Source: an uncultured Bacilli bacterium (GTDB taxonomy: Bacteria > Bacillota_I > Bacilli_A > RF39 > UBA660). From it: 64,000 nucleotides of DNA. The DNA lies in NCBI GenBank assembly GCA_947589735.1, contig CANQCR010000008.1:8809-72808 (forward strand), read 5' to 3'. Numbering within the stretch: position 1 is the first letter of the stretch; every line of letters begins with the position of its first letter. The notes under the pieces are model-generated. The model was not told the DNA's origin. It ran no database searches and saw nothing but the letters and a program-made list of their open reading frames with translations. The translations under genes were made by a program, and so were the position numbers. Shown in pieces: positions 8,609 through 17,830 of this stretch.

Positions 8609-9110
8609 GTGATTATTGTGAGATCAATTATTAGAAAAAGAAAAAGAGAAGATTCATTAGAACTAGCTAGTTGTATCGCCACTGTTTGGAATACCACCTA
8701 CAAAGGAATTGTTGATGATGACCTTTTAAAAGGATTCTTAGATCACATTGATGGAAGTGCGGAAAAACTAAGAAACAATTTAGATGAGCAACCTAACTAT
8801 TATGTCTTAACATTAGATAATAAAATAATTGGGTGGGTTTATTTCACCCTTGATAGTAATAAATACGATAATGCCGCTGAAATCCACTCCTTATATGTCT
8901 TAAAAGAATATCAAGGTAAGGGATATGGAAAAAAAACTATATGATTACGCTATTAAAAAAATAAAGGAAAAAGGATTTCAACAATTAGTAATTGGGTGCT
9001 TAGATGGTAATCCAGCTAATAATTTTTATAAACATCTTGGTGGCAAATATATAGGTAATCATTTATTTAGAGAAAAATATAAAGAAAATTTCTATTTATT
9101 TCATCTATAA
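8609..9110 (+). pseudogene. GNAT N-acetyltransferase interrupted by a +1 frameshift in an A8 run
   Basis: ORFs 8609..8944 and 8925..9110 together make one GNAT (…YQGKGYGKK|LYDYAIKKIKEKGF…). The frames join if the A run at 8929-8936 has 7 As instead of 8. Confidence 0.75.
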
Positions 9111-9225
9111 AACGCGAGCTTGTCTTTGCGTTTTAATATGCCTATTTTCATAACGTATCACAAGTTAAATAAAAAGGAGTTGTTTCTTTTTTATTTTTTT
9201 AATAAAATAATAGTAAGGTGGTAGG

Positions 9226-9942
9226 ATGAAAAAAGACTTAACATTTTTAAAAGGAATGAAAATTGCTCATCGCGGTTTATTTAATAATAAAGATATCATT
9301 GAAAATACTATAGAAGCTTTTAAGAAAGCTACTGAGAAAAAGATGGCGATTGAACTAGACTTACAACTTTTAAAAGATAATACCATCATTGTTTTTCACG
9401 ATGACTCCTTAAAACGCTTAACTGGTGTTGATAAAAATGTTATTGATTGCACATGGGATGAGATTAAAAATCTTCCCCTACTTGATACTGATGCTAGAAT
9501 TCCCACTATCGAAGACGTTTTAAACTTGGTAAATGGTAAAGTTCTTCTCGACATTGAACTTAAAGAAAATCCTCGGTATAAAGAGTTTATCAAACTCCTT
9601 ATGCCCCTTTTGGATGACTATCATAAAAAAGGTATGTTTTTACTTAAATCGTTTGACTTAAGATATATTAGATTTTTAAGAAAAAAAGGAGTCACATATC
9701 CCCTAGGCTTGTTAGGAGGATTTTCTATTAGTAACCCTTTTCTTAAGACATCATCGTTTGCCCTATTAACCGTTAAAATGGCTAAACCCGACTTTGTTGC
9801 TTACGGAAAAAAAGGTATTCAAGATTCGCACCTTCAAAAGTTGCGAAAAAAGATGCCCCTTCTTGTGTGGGCAATACGAAGTGATGAAGTAAATACCTAC
9901 AAAGAGTATGCCGATGCCTTTATTATTGAAGACAAGAAATAA
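9226..9942 (+). CDS. glycerophosphodiester phosphodiesterase family protein
   Basis: IAHRG...ENT...ELDLQ...FHD motifs typical of the GDPD family. Confidence 0.75.
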   Translation: MKKDLTFLKGMKIAHRGLFNNKDIIENTIEAFKKATEKKMAIELDLQLLKDNTIIVFHDDSLKRLTGVDKNVIDCTWDEIKNLPLLDTDARIPTIEDVLNLVNGKVLLDIELKENPRYKEFIKLLMPLLDDYHKKGMFLLKSFDLRYIRFLRKKGVTYPLGLLGGFSISNPFLKTSSFALLTVKMAKPDFVAYGKKGIQDSHLQKLRKKMPLLVWAIRSDEVNTYKEYADAFIIEDKK

Positions 9943-9970
9943 TTATTAATTAAAAAGTAAAGGAGAAGTT

Positions 9971-10846
9971 ATGATTGATTTACATTCGCATACTACCTAT
10001 TCTGATGGTAGTTATAGTGTTTTAGAATTATTAGAAGAAGCTCAAAAAGAAAAATTAAGTTTATTATCGATAACTGATCACAATACCATTCAAGCACATT
10101 TTGACTTAAGAGATTCCCATCTTCGAAATACCTTTGCCGGTAAGATTATAACCGGTATCGAGATGACTACTACTTATAAGGGTGAAATTATTGAAGTATT
10201 AGGTTATGGTTTTGATATCGATATTATGAAAAAATCTTTAGATGCTAACGCTTTAAACTTCAAAGATAAACAATTAAAAGAGTATGATCTAATTAAAAAG
10301 CAATATGATAAGATTGGTCTTACTTTTGATATTGCTAATATCGTATTTGATCCTAACATAGAATCTTCTAGACGGGCTTGGATAAATGAAATAAAAAAAT
10401 ATCCAGAAAATTATAAGTTTTTCTTAGACGAAGAAGATATCAAAACGAACAAGGGCTTTACTAGAAATGAAGTATATAATCCTAAAAGTCCTTTATATGT
10501 TGATGAAGCATCACTATTTCCTCGTCTTGATGAAACAATAAAGATGATTCATGAGGCAGGTGGTCTTGCCTTTCTAGCGCATCCATTCGCTTATTCACCC
10601 AATATCCCAAATGATTTATTAAATATCATCAGTAATTATGACTTAGATGGTTTAGAGTGTTTCTACACGACTTTTACAAAAGAACAAACAACATATTTAT
10701 GTAACTTATGTAGGGAAAATCACTTATTTAAATCCGGCGGTAGTGATTTTCATGGTTCACGGAAAAATGGTCATCATTTAGGTGATGGGAATGGTGATTT
10801 AAAAATTGATGAAGATGTCATTGGTGATTGGATTAATAAAATATAG
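9971..10846 (+). CDS. PHP-domain metal-dependent phosphoesterase
   Basis: N-terminal IDLHSHTTYSDGS, then ITDHN, AHP and GGSDFHG motifs. Confidence 0.75.
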   Translation: MIDLHSHTTYSDGSYSVLELLEEAQKEKLSLLSITDHNTIQAHFDLRDSHLRNTFAGKIITGIEMTTTYKGEIIEVLGYGFDIDIMKKSLDANALNFKDKQLKEYDLIKKQYDKIGLTFDIANIVFDPNIESSRRAWINEIKKYPENYKFFLDEEDIKTNKGFTRNEVYNPKSPLYVDEASLFPRLDETIKMIHEAGGLAFLAHPFAYSPNIPNDLLNIISNYDLDGLECFYTTFTKEQTTYLCNLCRENHLFKSGGSDFHGSRKNGHHLGDGNGDLKIDEDVIGDWINKI

Positions 10847-10869
10847 TCTTCTTACAAGAAGACTTTTTT
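10845..10869 (+). terminator. intrinsic terminator
   Basis: AGTCTTCT-TACA-AGAAGACT hairpin followed by T6, overlapping the stop codon. Confidence 0.8.
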
Positions 10870-10990
10870 GATAAAACTTTTTATAATTATTGGTAAATAC
10901 TTTGTAAAGTTCTTTTATGCTAGAAGATAAAATACTTTTCTTATTTTAAATTATGATAAAATAAAGATAGTTAGAATTTGGAGGTATGTT

Positions 10991-12073
10991 ATGGCTAAAA
11001 AATATTTAAAAGTTCTTTTTCAAAATAAAGGGGCTAATTTCGAATACAAAATTGATGAAGTAAATATTGCGAGGACTTGGAATCCTACCGCTAATGATGG
11101 ACAAGAATGTGGTGGATTTAACTTTACGACAGAAGATAAAATATTACGCTGGCTTCATCGCGGGGATACTTTGTATGATGTCATTATTCCTGACGATGCG
11201 GAAGTTGTTAATATCCCCTCTTTATCAACTCCCAATGGTGTTTTTAGATCTAATAAAATAATTATCACTAATCCAAGACCGATGAGTGATGATTTAGCTT
11301 TGCATTTTTATCAAGTAGCAACGATTCCCGAATTATCTTATTATAAAGCTTTAGGCGCTGTTTGTCTTCGAAATTATCGTAAAACAGCTATGGCAATTAT
11401 AAAAGATAAGGTAACTAGTGATAATATTGATACCGTTTTAAAAGAATGGACCGATTTTATCAATTATGATGATAAAACTACTGATGAATATCCTTTGATA
11501 GGTGAAGTTGATGATTACTTAAAAGAGATAAAATCACCTTTACTTATCAGCCGGTTTATCAGTAAAGATCCATATGAAAAACAATTTACGAATGATAATA
11601 TTATTAACATAACGGGTGAATCAGGAAGTGGTAAATCATCCTTCACCCAAAATTACACCTCTAATAAATATATCATTATTGATACAGATCTTCTTTTTAA
11701 TGAAGATCCAGCTAATGAAGATATGGTCAAATTAAGAGAAGCATTTAAAGATAATGTTAAAGATGATCTTAGTAATGACTTTGATGGTTGTTATTTAAAA
11801 ATTATTGATTTCTTTAAAGATTCCAACAGAACGCTCGTTATTGATTCCGCACAATATCGTAATCTTAAAGATGTTAACATTTTAAAAGGTAAAATGATTG
11901 TTATGCGAACCAGCATTAATGAGTGTTACAATAGAGTTATTAAAAGATGGATTCAAAATAATCCTAATTATGCGGATGAAGACTTAGAAAAATATCGCAA
12001 GAGAAAAGAAGGTATGTTTACTTGGTATAAAAGTTTAAATACTTTTTTACAAAAATTAGAAAAGGAAGATTAA
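10991..12073 (+). CDS. two-domain protein: unknown N-terminal domain plus C-terminal P-loop kinase-like domain
   Basis: Walker A GESGSGKSS at about aa 208, followed by an IIIDTD (Walker B-like) motif. The first ~190 aa show no recognisable motif. Confidence 0.55.
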   Translation: MAKKYLKVLFQNKGANFEYKIDEVNIARTWNPTANDGQECGGFNFTTEDKILRWLHRGDTLYDVIIPDDAEVVNIPSLSTPNGVFRSNKIIITNPRPMSDDLALHFYQVATIPELSYYKALGAVCLRNYRKTAMAIIKDKVTSDNIDTVLKEWTDFINYDDKTTDEYPLIGEVDDYLKEIKSPLLISRFISKDPYEKQFTNDNIINITGESGSGKSSFTQNYTSNKYIIIDTDLLFNEDPANEDMVKLREAFKDNVKDDLSNDFDGCYLKIIDFFKDSNRTLVIDSAQYRNLKDVNILKGKMIVMRTSINECYNRVIKRWIQNNPNYADEDLEKYRKRKEGMFTWYKSLNTFLQKLEKED

Positions 12074-12074
12074 G

Positions 12075-12686
12075 ATGATTATCTTTGATTTAGATGGAAC
12101 GCTATGGGATACATCAGTTTTAACCTATGAAGCTGCTACTAAAATAAGTGAAAAATATGATGATATGAGACCTATTTCTATGGCAACAATACAAGCTGGT
12201 ATGGGATTAAACCGGGAAGACAACGCTAAGAATTATATGCCCTATCTTGATTTAAAAGTGCGCCAAGAAAGACTAGCTATTATAAACGAAGAAACCATTC
12301 GTTTAATTAATACTAAAGGTGCTCCCTTATATCCCCATGTAAAAGAAGTTATTATGGCTTTAAGTAAAAAATATCCCTTGGGAATTGTAACTAATAATAA
12401 TGATGATTATATCAAAGCCTTTCTTAAGGAAACAGATTTAGCGCCATATTTTATAGATTATATAGGTGCTTTAAGTTATAATATCAGTAAGTCTTTAGCT
12501 ATTCAAACTTTACTTCAAAGAAATAATTACCAAAATGGTTATTATGTTGGTGATACGAAAGGTGATATGATATCAGCAAATGATGCCGGGGTTTCTTTTA
12601 TCCATGCTAAATATGGTTTTGATCCGAATCTAAATTATTCTAAAGCTATCAACGCTTTAGAAGACCTTCTAAAGATGAAATTGTAA
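12075..12686 (+). CDS. HAD-superfamily hydrolase (phosphoglycolate phosphatase-like)
   Basis: IIFDLDGTLWDT motif I, then IVTNN and a late GDTKGD motif. Starts 1 nt after the preceding stop. Confidence 0.75.
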   Translation: MIIFDLDGTLWDTSVLTYEAATKISEKYDDMRPISMATIQAGMGLNREDNAKNYMPYLDLKVRQERLAIINEETIRLINTKGAPLYPHVKEVIMALSKKYPLGIVTNNNDDYIKAFLKETDLAPYFIDYIGALSYNISKSLAIQTLLQRNNYQNGYYVGDTKGDMISANDAGVSFIHAKYGFDPNLNYSKAINALEDLLKMKL

Positions 12687-12691
12687 TTTAT

Positions 12692-12722
12692 AAAAAAAAG
12701 AAAAATTATTTTTCTTTTTTTT
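12692..12722. terminator. bidirectional A/T hairpin at the strand-switch point
   Basis: AAAAAAAAGAAAAA-tta-TTTTTCTTTTTTTT between convergent genes. Confidence 0.6.
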
Positions 12723-12733
12723 ATGATAAAGAA

Positions 12734-13222
12734 TTAATGAAAAAGTGTTATATCAATTTTTTCAATCGCTAAAAGTTTAAGCTTATTATCTAGACCTAAG
12801 GCATATCCTCCCAAACGATTATTTTTAGCGATAACTCGGTGACACGGAATAATAATTGGAAGCGGATTTTCGTGGATAGCATTTCCAATCGCTTGAGCTG
12901 ACATTTTTATCATACCTCTTTCTTTAGCTATTTCATTAGCTAAAGCGCCATAAGTTGTAACCTCACCATAAGGAATCCTTGTAAGTAAGTTCCATACTGA
13001 CACTTGAAATGGTGTTCCTATCATTTTCAATGGTAAAGTATTAGGATTAACTTTTTTACCCGCAAAATAAGCATCTAACCAATCAATAACGTCTTTAAAA
13101 ACATCTGGTTTATAAATCAGTTCTCTACAAGGAGGAGTATTCACATCAATTTTAAGTAAAAAGGTGCCATCACCAATTAATGTTAAAGTTCCAATAAGAG
13201 ATTCATACAAAGTATAATACAT
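12734..13222 (-). CDS. ogt: methylated-DNA--protein-cysteine methyltransferase
   Basis: Active-site IPCHRVI motif. Start moved to the ATG at 13222 (MYYTLYE) behind a GGTGA RBS; the ORF itself extends to 13249. Confidence 0.8.
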   Translation of the reverse strand: MYYTLYESLIGTLTLIGDGTFLLKIDVNTPPCRELIYKPDVFKDVIDWLDAYFAGKKVNPNTLPLKMIGTPFQVSVWNLLTRIPYGEVTTYGALANEIAKERGMIKMSAQAIGNAIHENPLPIIIPCHRVIAKNNRLGGYALGLDNKLKLLAIEKIDITLFH

Positions 13223-13255
13223 CTTCTTCACCATTTTTATTATACACATTTAGAC

Positions 13256-13280
13256 ATAAAAAAAGCTAGATATCTAGCTT
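13256..13280 (-). terminator. intrinsic terminator
   Basis: Palindrome AAGCTAGATATCTAGCTT followed by a T run on the - strand. Confidence 0.75.
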
Positions 13281-14183
13281 TTATTCATTTATCTTTTTAC
13301 CAACAAAGATAGATGCAATAGTCATTATAATAGCTAAAGCCATCATATATATATATGATGAAACATTATCTAATGTTTCAGGGTTTGCTGGTAATTTTTC
13401 AAATTTAAGAGTTAATGTAAGACCATCAGTTAATTCAGCATCATCTTTCCATTCATCATCACCATTAATATAACCAACGAATCTTTCGCCAGCTTTTGGA
13501 GTGATAAGTTTCTTTAATTCAGCTGCTTCACCAACTAATTTCTCATCGCTTGTTGCTAATAAACTTTTTAAAGTTGTTTTTTCTGGTAAAACGAAAACAC
13601 GATTACCAATTGTTACATTTACATAGTTTTGACTAGCGCCACTATCAGCTGGACTTTTTAAAGTGATATTAGTAGGATCAATTTGAACAACAATTTTTTG
13701 ATCAACATTACCATCACCATTCCAGTCATAATAGTAAGTTATAAGCGTATATGGATTTTCAGCACCTTCTAATTGAGCCTTATCTACTCTTTTCCACATA
13801 CCAACATTCCACTCTCCGTCTTTTGCATCAAAGAAACTATAACCTTCCGTAACAAACTTTCCATCTTTAACATCAGCATCAAAGCCATATTTTACCTTCT
13901 TAGCGGCTTCTTCACCATTAACAGATGTTGGGGCTGTAACTATAATACCTACCCACCAACCATTAACGTTACGGTCGATATCAGGATCTGCTTCAGCAAA
14001 ATCAAGATTTAACCGTGTATAACTAACAGTCGTTGTTACAACATTACCTTCAGATGTCTCACTAGTAGAACCTGTATTAGCACCAGTTGTTGCAACAGTA
14101 CCTTTAATTTCTTCAGCATAAACGCCTGTAGAAAATACTAATGCAGCTACCATAGTTGAAATTACCATCAATACTTTTTTCAT
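13281..14183 (-). CDS. secreted surface protein with C-terminal sorting-type signal
   Basis: N-terminal signal peptide (MKKVLMVISTMVAALVFSTGVYA). The C-terminus has NPETLDN, a hydrophobic helix and a GKKINE tail. Confidence 0.6.
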   Translation of the reverse strand: MKKVLMVISTMVAALVFSTGVYAEEIKGTVATTGANTGSTSETSEGNVVTTTVSYTRLNLDFAEADPDIDRNVNGWWVGIIVTAPTSVNGEEAAKKVKYGFDADVKDGKFVTEGYSFFDAKDGEWNVGMWKRVDKAQLEGAENPYTLITYYYDWNGDGNVDQKIVVQIDPTNITLKSPADSGASQNYVNVTIGNRVFVLPEKTTLKSLLATSDEKLVGEAAELKKLITPKAGERFVGYINGDDEWKDDAELTDGLTLTLKFEKLPANPETLDNVSSYIYMMALAIIMTIASIFVGKKINE

Positions 14184-14272
14184 TTTTCTCCTCCTTCATT
14201 ATATGATAATCACTTATCAGTTGTTATTATACAGGAATAAAAAGATAATGTAAAGCAAAAAACGAAAAAATC

Positions 14273-14965
14273 CTACGTGTTGACATAGGATTTAACTTTA
14301 TCTTTAAACTCATCTAAACGATTACTAGCTAATATTTTATGAGGGCAGTCTTTACCATTAAAATCACGGTGAACTTTAATAGCGTCAATATCCAAATCAT
14401 AAGCTTTAATTAAATAAGCAACAAGCTTAGCAGCATTATCAAAAGTCTTATTGAAATTACCATCACGATTAACACATAACTCAATACCAATGCCATACAT
14501 ATTACCCTCTTTATCCCCAGCATGATGTGCTACTTCATCATCAGGAATATGATGATATATCTCATGATCATCAACCGTATAATGCCAAGAATTAGTTGAT
14601 GTATTATTATAACTTAAATAATTAGCATGGTTTTTAGCGCCAACACCAGCTGCAAAATTATCTGTTTCGTGAATAACTAAATACTTAATAATTCGCTTCG
14701 TCATCGGTCTTGTATCAGGATTAGCATCAATAATTTGTTGGTGAACAGGTACTCCGTAGACATCATCTGGAGAAACAGACTCCTTAAAAGGACTTTCTAT
14801 TGGATAATAATCTAAGATGGTTGAATGAAACACAAACGCCACTTTTTTACTTTCATCTTCTTGGCGAAGAGCTAGAACTACTATTAAAAGCGTCATAATT
14901 ATTATCAGTAAAAAAGCAATAATAATTCGGTTGTCATTTCTTTTACGATAATCTTTCTTTTGCAT
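14273..14965 (-). CDS. membrane-anchored N-acetylmuramoyl-L-alanine amidase (amidase_2/PGRP type)
   Basis: N-terminal TM helix, then HETDN, HAGD and HRDF..KDCP motifs. Confidence 0.7.
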   Translation of the reverse strand: MQKKDYRKRNDNRIIIAFLLIIIMTLLIVVLALRQEDESKKVAFVFHSTILDYYPIESPFKESVSPDDVYGVPVHQQIIDANPDTRPMTKRIIKYLVIHETDNFAAGVGAKNHANYLSYNNTSTNSWHYTVDDHEIYHHIPDDEVAHHAGDKEGNMYGIGIELCVNRDGNFNKTFDNAAKLVAYLIKAYDLDIDAIKVHRDFNGKDCPHKILASNRLDEFKDKVKSYVNT

Positions 14966-15031
14966 AACTACCTCACATAACTTTGTCCTATATTATAACA
15001 CAAAAAGAAAAAAAGTAAATCTTAATAAGAC

Positions 15032-15613
15032 TTACTTATCTGTTCTTGTAATTAAAACGCATTCTCTTTTATCAACTGGACCTAAAGCAAAATCCCGCGT
15101 AGACGTTGATGTTAATCTTTTCAAAGTAACTTTACGGTTATGGGTAAAAGGTTTATTTAAAATGATTTTAACTTCTTTATCGTGATCATATTCATCTTTA
15201 TCTAAATAATAAGGATCAAATAGATAGGCGTATTTATTTTTTATTTTGGTAATAATAACATAGTGTTCACATTCTTGATAACATCTAATAAACACGCAAC
15301 CGCCTTCATTAAGCGTCTTTATTATTCTATCGATTGTTACATCTTCTTTTTCTAAGCGTTCGCAATGAACATTAAAGTTTTTAGAATTAGCATATCTCGT
15401 TATCCAATGGGTCAAGCGACTAATCGCTTCCCTACTTGTTCCCCCTTGACCTAGGTTTCCATTTTCATCATAACAATCAAGAGTATATTTATGAATAGCT
15501 TTAACAAGTTCGGCTGGTATTTCATCACGATTAAATAGATAACTAAAGGCATTAAGTAAGGAAACCGTTCCACAATCAAACTCCGTTACTTGAAATCTTA
15601 AAGGTATTTTCAT
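15032..15613 (-). CDS. papain-like (C39-like) cysteine peptidase domain protein
   Basis: FDCGTVSLLNA Cys motif and a later CEHYVII His motif. Start moved to the ATG at 15613 behind AGGTGA, which removes the overlap with the upstream gene. Confidence 0.45.
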   Translation of the reverse strand: MKIPLRFQVTEFDCGTVSLLNAFSYLFNRDEIPAELVKAIHKYTLDCYDENGNLGQGGTSREAISRLTHWITRYANSKNFNVHCERLEKEDVTIDRIIKTLNEGGCVFIRCYQECEHYVIITKIKNKYAYLFDPYYLDKDEYDHDKEVKIILNKPFTHNRKVTLKRLTSTSTRDFALGPVDKRECVLITRTDK

Positions 15614-15635
15614 TTTATCACCTACTTCAAAATTA

Positions 15636-16631
15636 CTATTTTCCTCTTTTTCCAATTAAGGTTACCTTATCAATAATATTAAATGTATCTTCATCTTGAA
15701 CACTTACTTTTTTATCATTAATTAATAGAGAATAAGAACCAGGGTTAATATCCTTTGAACTTATAATTAAAGTTTTAAAAGGCATTAAAGCAACATTAGA
15801 TAAAATCTCTTCTTCACCATTTCTAAGACTAAATATATCATTTACATCATATGAAGTATCAAGGTTAAAACAAATGGTATATTGCTTTGATATAGCTAAT
15901 GGTTCTTCTAACATATCATAACCAAAGGCTAAAACGTGGCCACCATTAATAGAATACCCCTTATTTGTATCAAGAGCGGACTCACCACCTTTAGGATTAG
16001 CCATTACATAGATATTCCCACCATTAATAATCATATCTTTATTAGAGTCAATCCCATCACCCATCGCTTGGATAAAAAGATCCCCATCATTAATTGTAAT
16101 GGTACCACCATCACCACCGGTATTAATGCCATCATCATCACTAAAAATATTAATATTTCCACCATTAATAGTTATATTAGCATCCACAGTAGCAATGCCC
16201 TCTTTTTTAGCTTCTATCTTTAAATAACCACTATCTTGAATAGTTAGATTTCCTAAGGACGATATAACACCATCATATTCATTATTATCATCTGATAAAA
16301 TATTATCGCTATCTTCATTAATATTAATAACTAAAGGATAATCTTTCATATTAACGATAGCAGCATCTTCTAAAGCACTAATATTAACATTATCTAAATT
16401 AAGTGTAACCATGCCATCAGCTTCGATATAAATGGTATGATTACAATCACCCCTTAAAGTATATTCTCCCCTTTTTGTTATCTTAATACTTTTATCATAA
16501 CTACCAAGGGATATTTCTTTATCATTAACAATAATAAGTTTATCTATGGGGTTTAACATGATTAAAGTAAATAAAACAACACCGATGAGAATAATGACTA
16601 AAAATAGCAATAGTATATGTTCTTTTTTCAT
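15636..16631 (-). CDS. Cthe_2159-like beta-helix carbohydrate-binding domain protein, membrane anchored
   Basis: N-terminal TM helix. Repeated INGGNI / DDGINTGGDGG / GDGIDSN turns typical of parallel beta-helix proteins of this family. Confidence 0.55.
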   Translation of the reverse strand: MKKEHILLLFLVIILIGVVLFTLIMLNPIDKLIIVNDKEISLGSYDKSIKITKRGEYTLRGDCNHTIYIEADGMVTLNLDNVNISALEDAAIVNMKDYPLVININEDSDNILSDDNNEYDGVISSLGNLTIQDSGYLKIEAKKEGIATVDANITINGGNINIFSDDDGINTGGDGGTITINDGDLFIQAMGDGIDSNKDMIINGGNIYVMANPKGGESALDTNKGYSINGGHVLAFGYDMLEEPLAISKQYTICFNLDTSYDVNDIFSLRNGEEEILSNVALMPFKTLIISSKDINPGSYSLLINDKKVSVQDEDTFNIIDKVTLIGKRGK

Positions 16632-16638
16632 ATCTTAC

Positions 16639-17784
16639 CTACTTTATAATGCCATACGCATATTTAAACGCTAATATTCTTTTCACAGCTAAATTAATTA
16701 TATCTTCATCAAGTGCGCCACTCTTAAGAGCATTTAAAACGGCTTGATATTGATGATCAAAATCCGATGTAATAATTAAATCATTACCCGCTAAAACAGC
16801 TAAAGTAGCACTTTCAGTGCCATTCGTATATTTAGTGATGGCATCCATTGCTAAATCATCCGTTATAATAAGACCACTATATTCTAAGTCTTCTCTTAAA
16901 ACATTGTGAATGGCAACTGATAAAGAAGCTGGATAGTTTTCATCATAAGCTAAAACAACATTATGGGAAACTAAAATAGCAGGTACACCACTTTCAATAC
17001 CGGCTTTAAATGGTAAAAAATCATTGTTTTCAAATGTTTCTTTAGCCCTTTTATCAATAGCAATGCCAGTATGTGTATCAGCATTATTGCCATAGCCTGG
17101 AAAATGTTTTAACGTTGTAGCTAATCCCTCTTTATTATTAAGATTAACTATTTTAGAAATATAATCGCTAGTAAGTGTGGCATCAGCCCCAAAACTACGT
17201 TTATAGATATAATCTTTAGGATTTGTCGATACATCAGCAACGGGAGCAAGATTTAAATTAATACCATTCGTTTTAAGTAAATTAATTTTTTCTTGCTCGT
17301 TTTCAAGTACAAGCGAAAATCCACCATTTTTATATAGCTCTTGATTAGATAAAAAGGGACTTTTACGGAAATTCGTACTATAACTAACGCGATTAACAGT
17401 TCCCCCCTCTTCATCAGTAGCATAAATAAGAGGAACTTTACTTAAAGCATTATAACTATCCATTTTTTTCTTTAAAGAAGCCGGGGTTTCACTTGTAAAA
17501 TCTTTAGCAAAGAAAATATACCCACCTGGTGAGTATTTTGTTATCTCACTCGTAATCGTTTTTTTATTAAGACGAACTAAAAACATCTGACCAACTTTTT
17601 CTTCTAAAGTCATATCTTCCATTTTATCTTCAGCCAAAGTATAGTATTGTTCAAATAACTCTAACTTAACAGGTACCTCTTCATTAGAATTACTTTCATT
17701 TAGGTTAGACTTAGGTGTATCTTGAACTTTTGAAGAACAAGCTGTAACTAATAGTATTAATATGATTAAGAAATATTTTCGCAT
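16639..17784 (-). CDS. glycoside hydrolase family 3 beta-N-acetylhexosaminidase (NagZ-like) lipoprotein
   Basis: Lipobox LLVTAC. GH3 motifs KHFPGYG and ITDDLAM. Confidence 0.75.
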   Translation of the reverse strand: MRKYFLIILILLVTACSSKVQDTPKSNLNESNSNEEVPVKLELFEQYYTLAEDKMEDMTLEEKVGQMFLVRLNKKTITSEITKYSPGGYIFFAKDFTSETPASLKKKMDSYNALSKVPLIYATDEEGGTVNRVSYSTNFRKSPFLSNQELYKNGGFSLVLENEQEKINLLKTNGINLNLAPVADVSTNPKDYIYKRSFGADATLTSDYISKIVNLNNKEGLATTLKHFPGYGNNADTHTGIAIDKRAKETFENNDFLPFKAGIESGVPAILVSHNVVLAYDENYPASLSVAIHNVLREDLEYSGLIITDDLAMDAITKYTNGTESATLAVLAGNDLIITSDFDHQYQAVLNALKSGALDEDIINLAVKRILAFKYAYGIIK

Positions 17785-17830
17785 TTTATCACCATTTATA
17801 TTTTAAGCTTAAAAAGCTGCTAATAATGTT

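Noticed and set aside
2420-12700. Prophage or integrative element next to the tRNA-Thr genes.
   Set aside because: There is no integrase, recombinase, phage structural gene or conjugation gene anywhere in the block. Only the short duplicated tRNA flank is retained as a finding.
12640-12760. dif/XerCD recombination site at the convergent strand switch.
   Set aside because: By eye I found no sequence resembling the conserved ATAA-N6-TTATG dif core here or in other intergenic regions. The terminus idea therefore stays a weak inference only.
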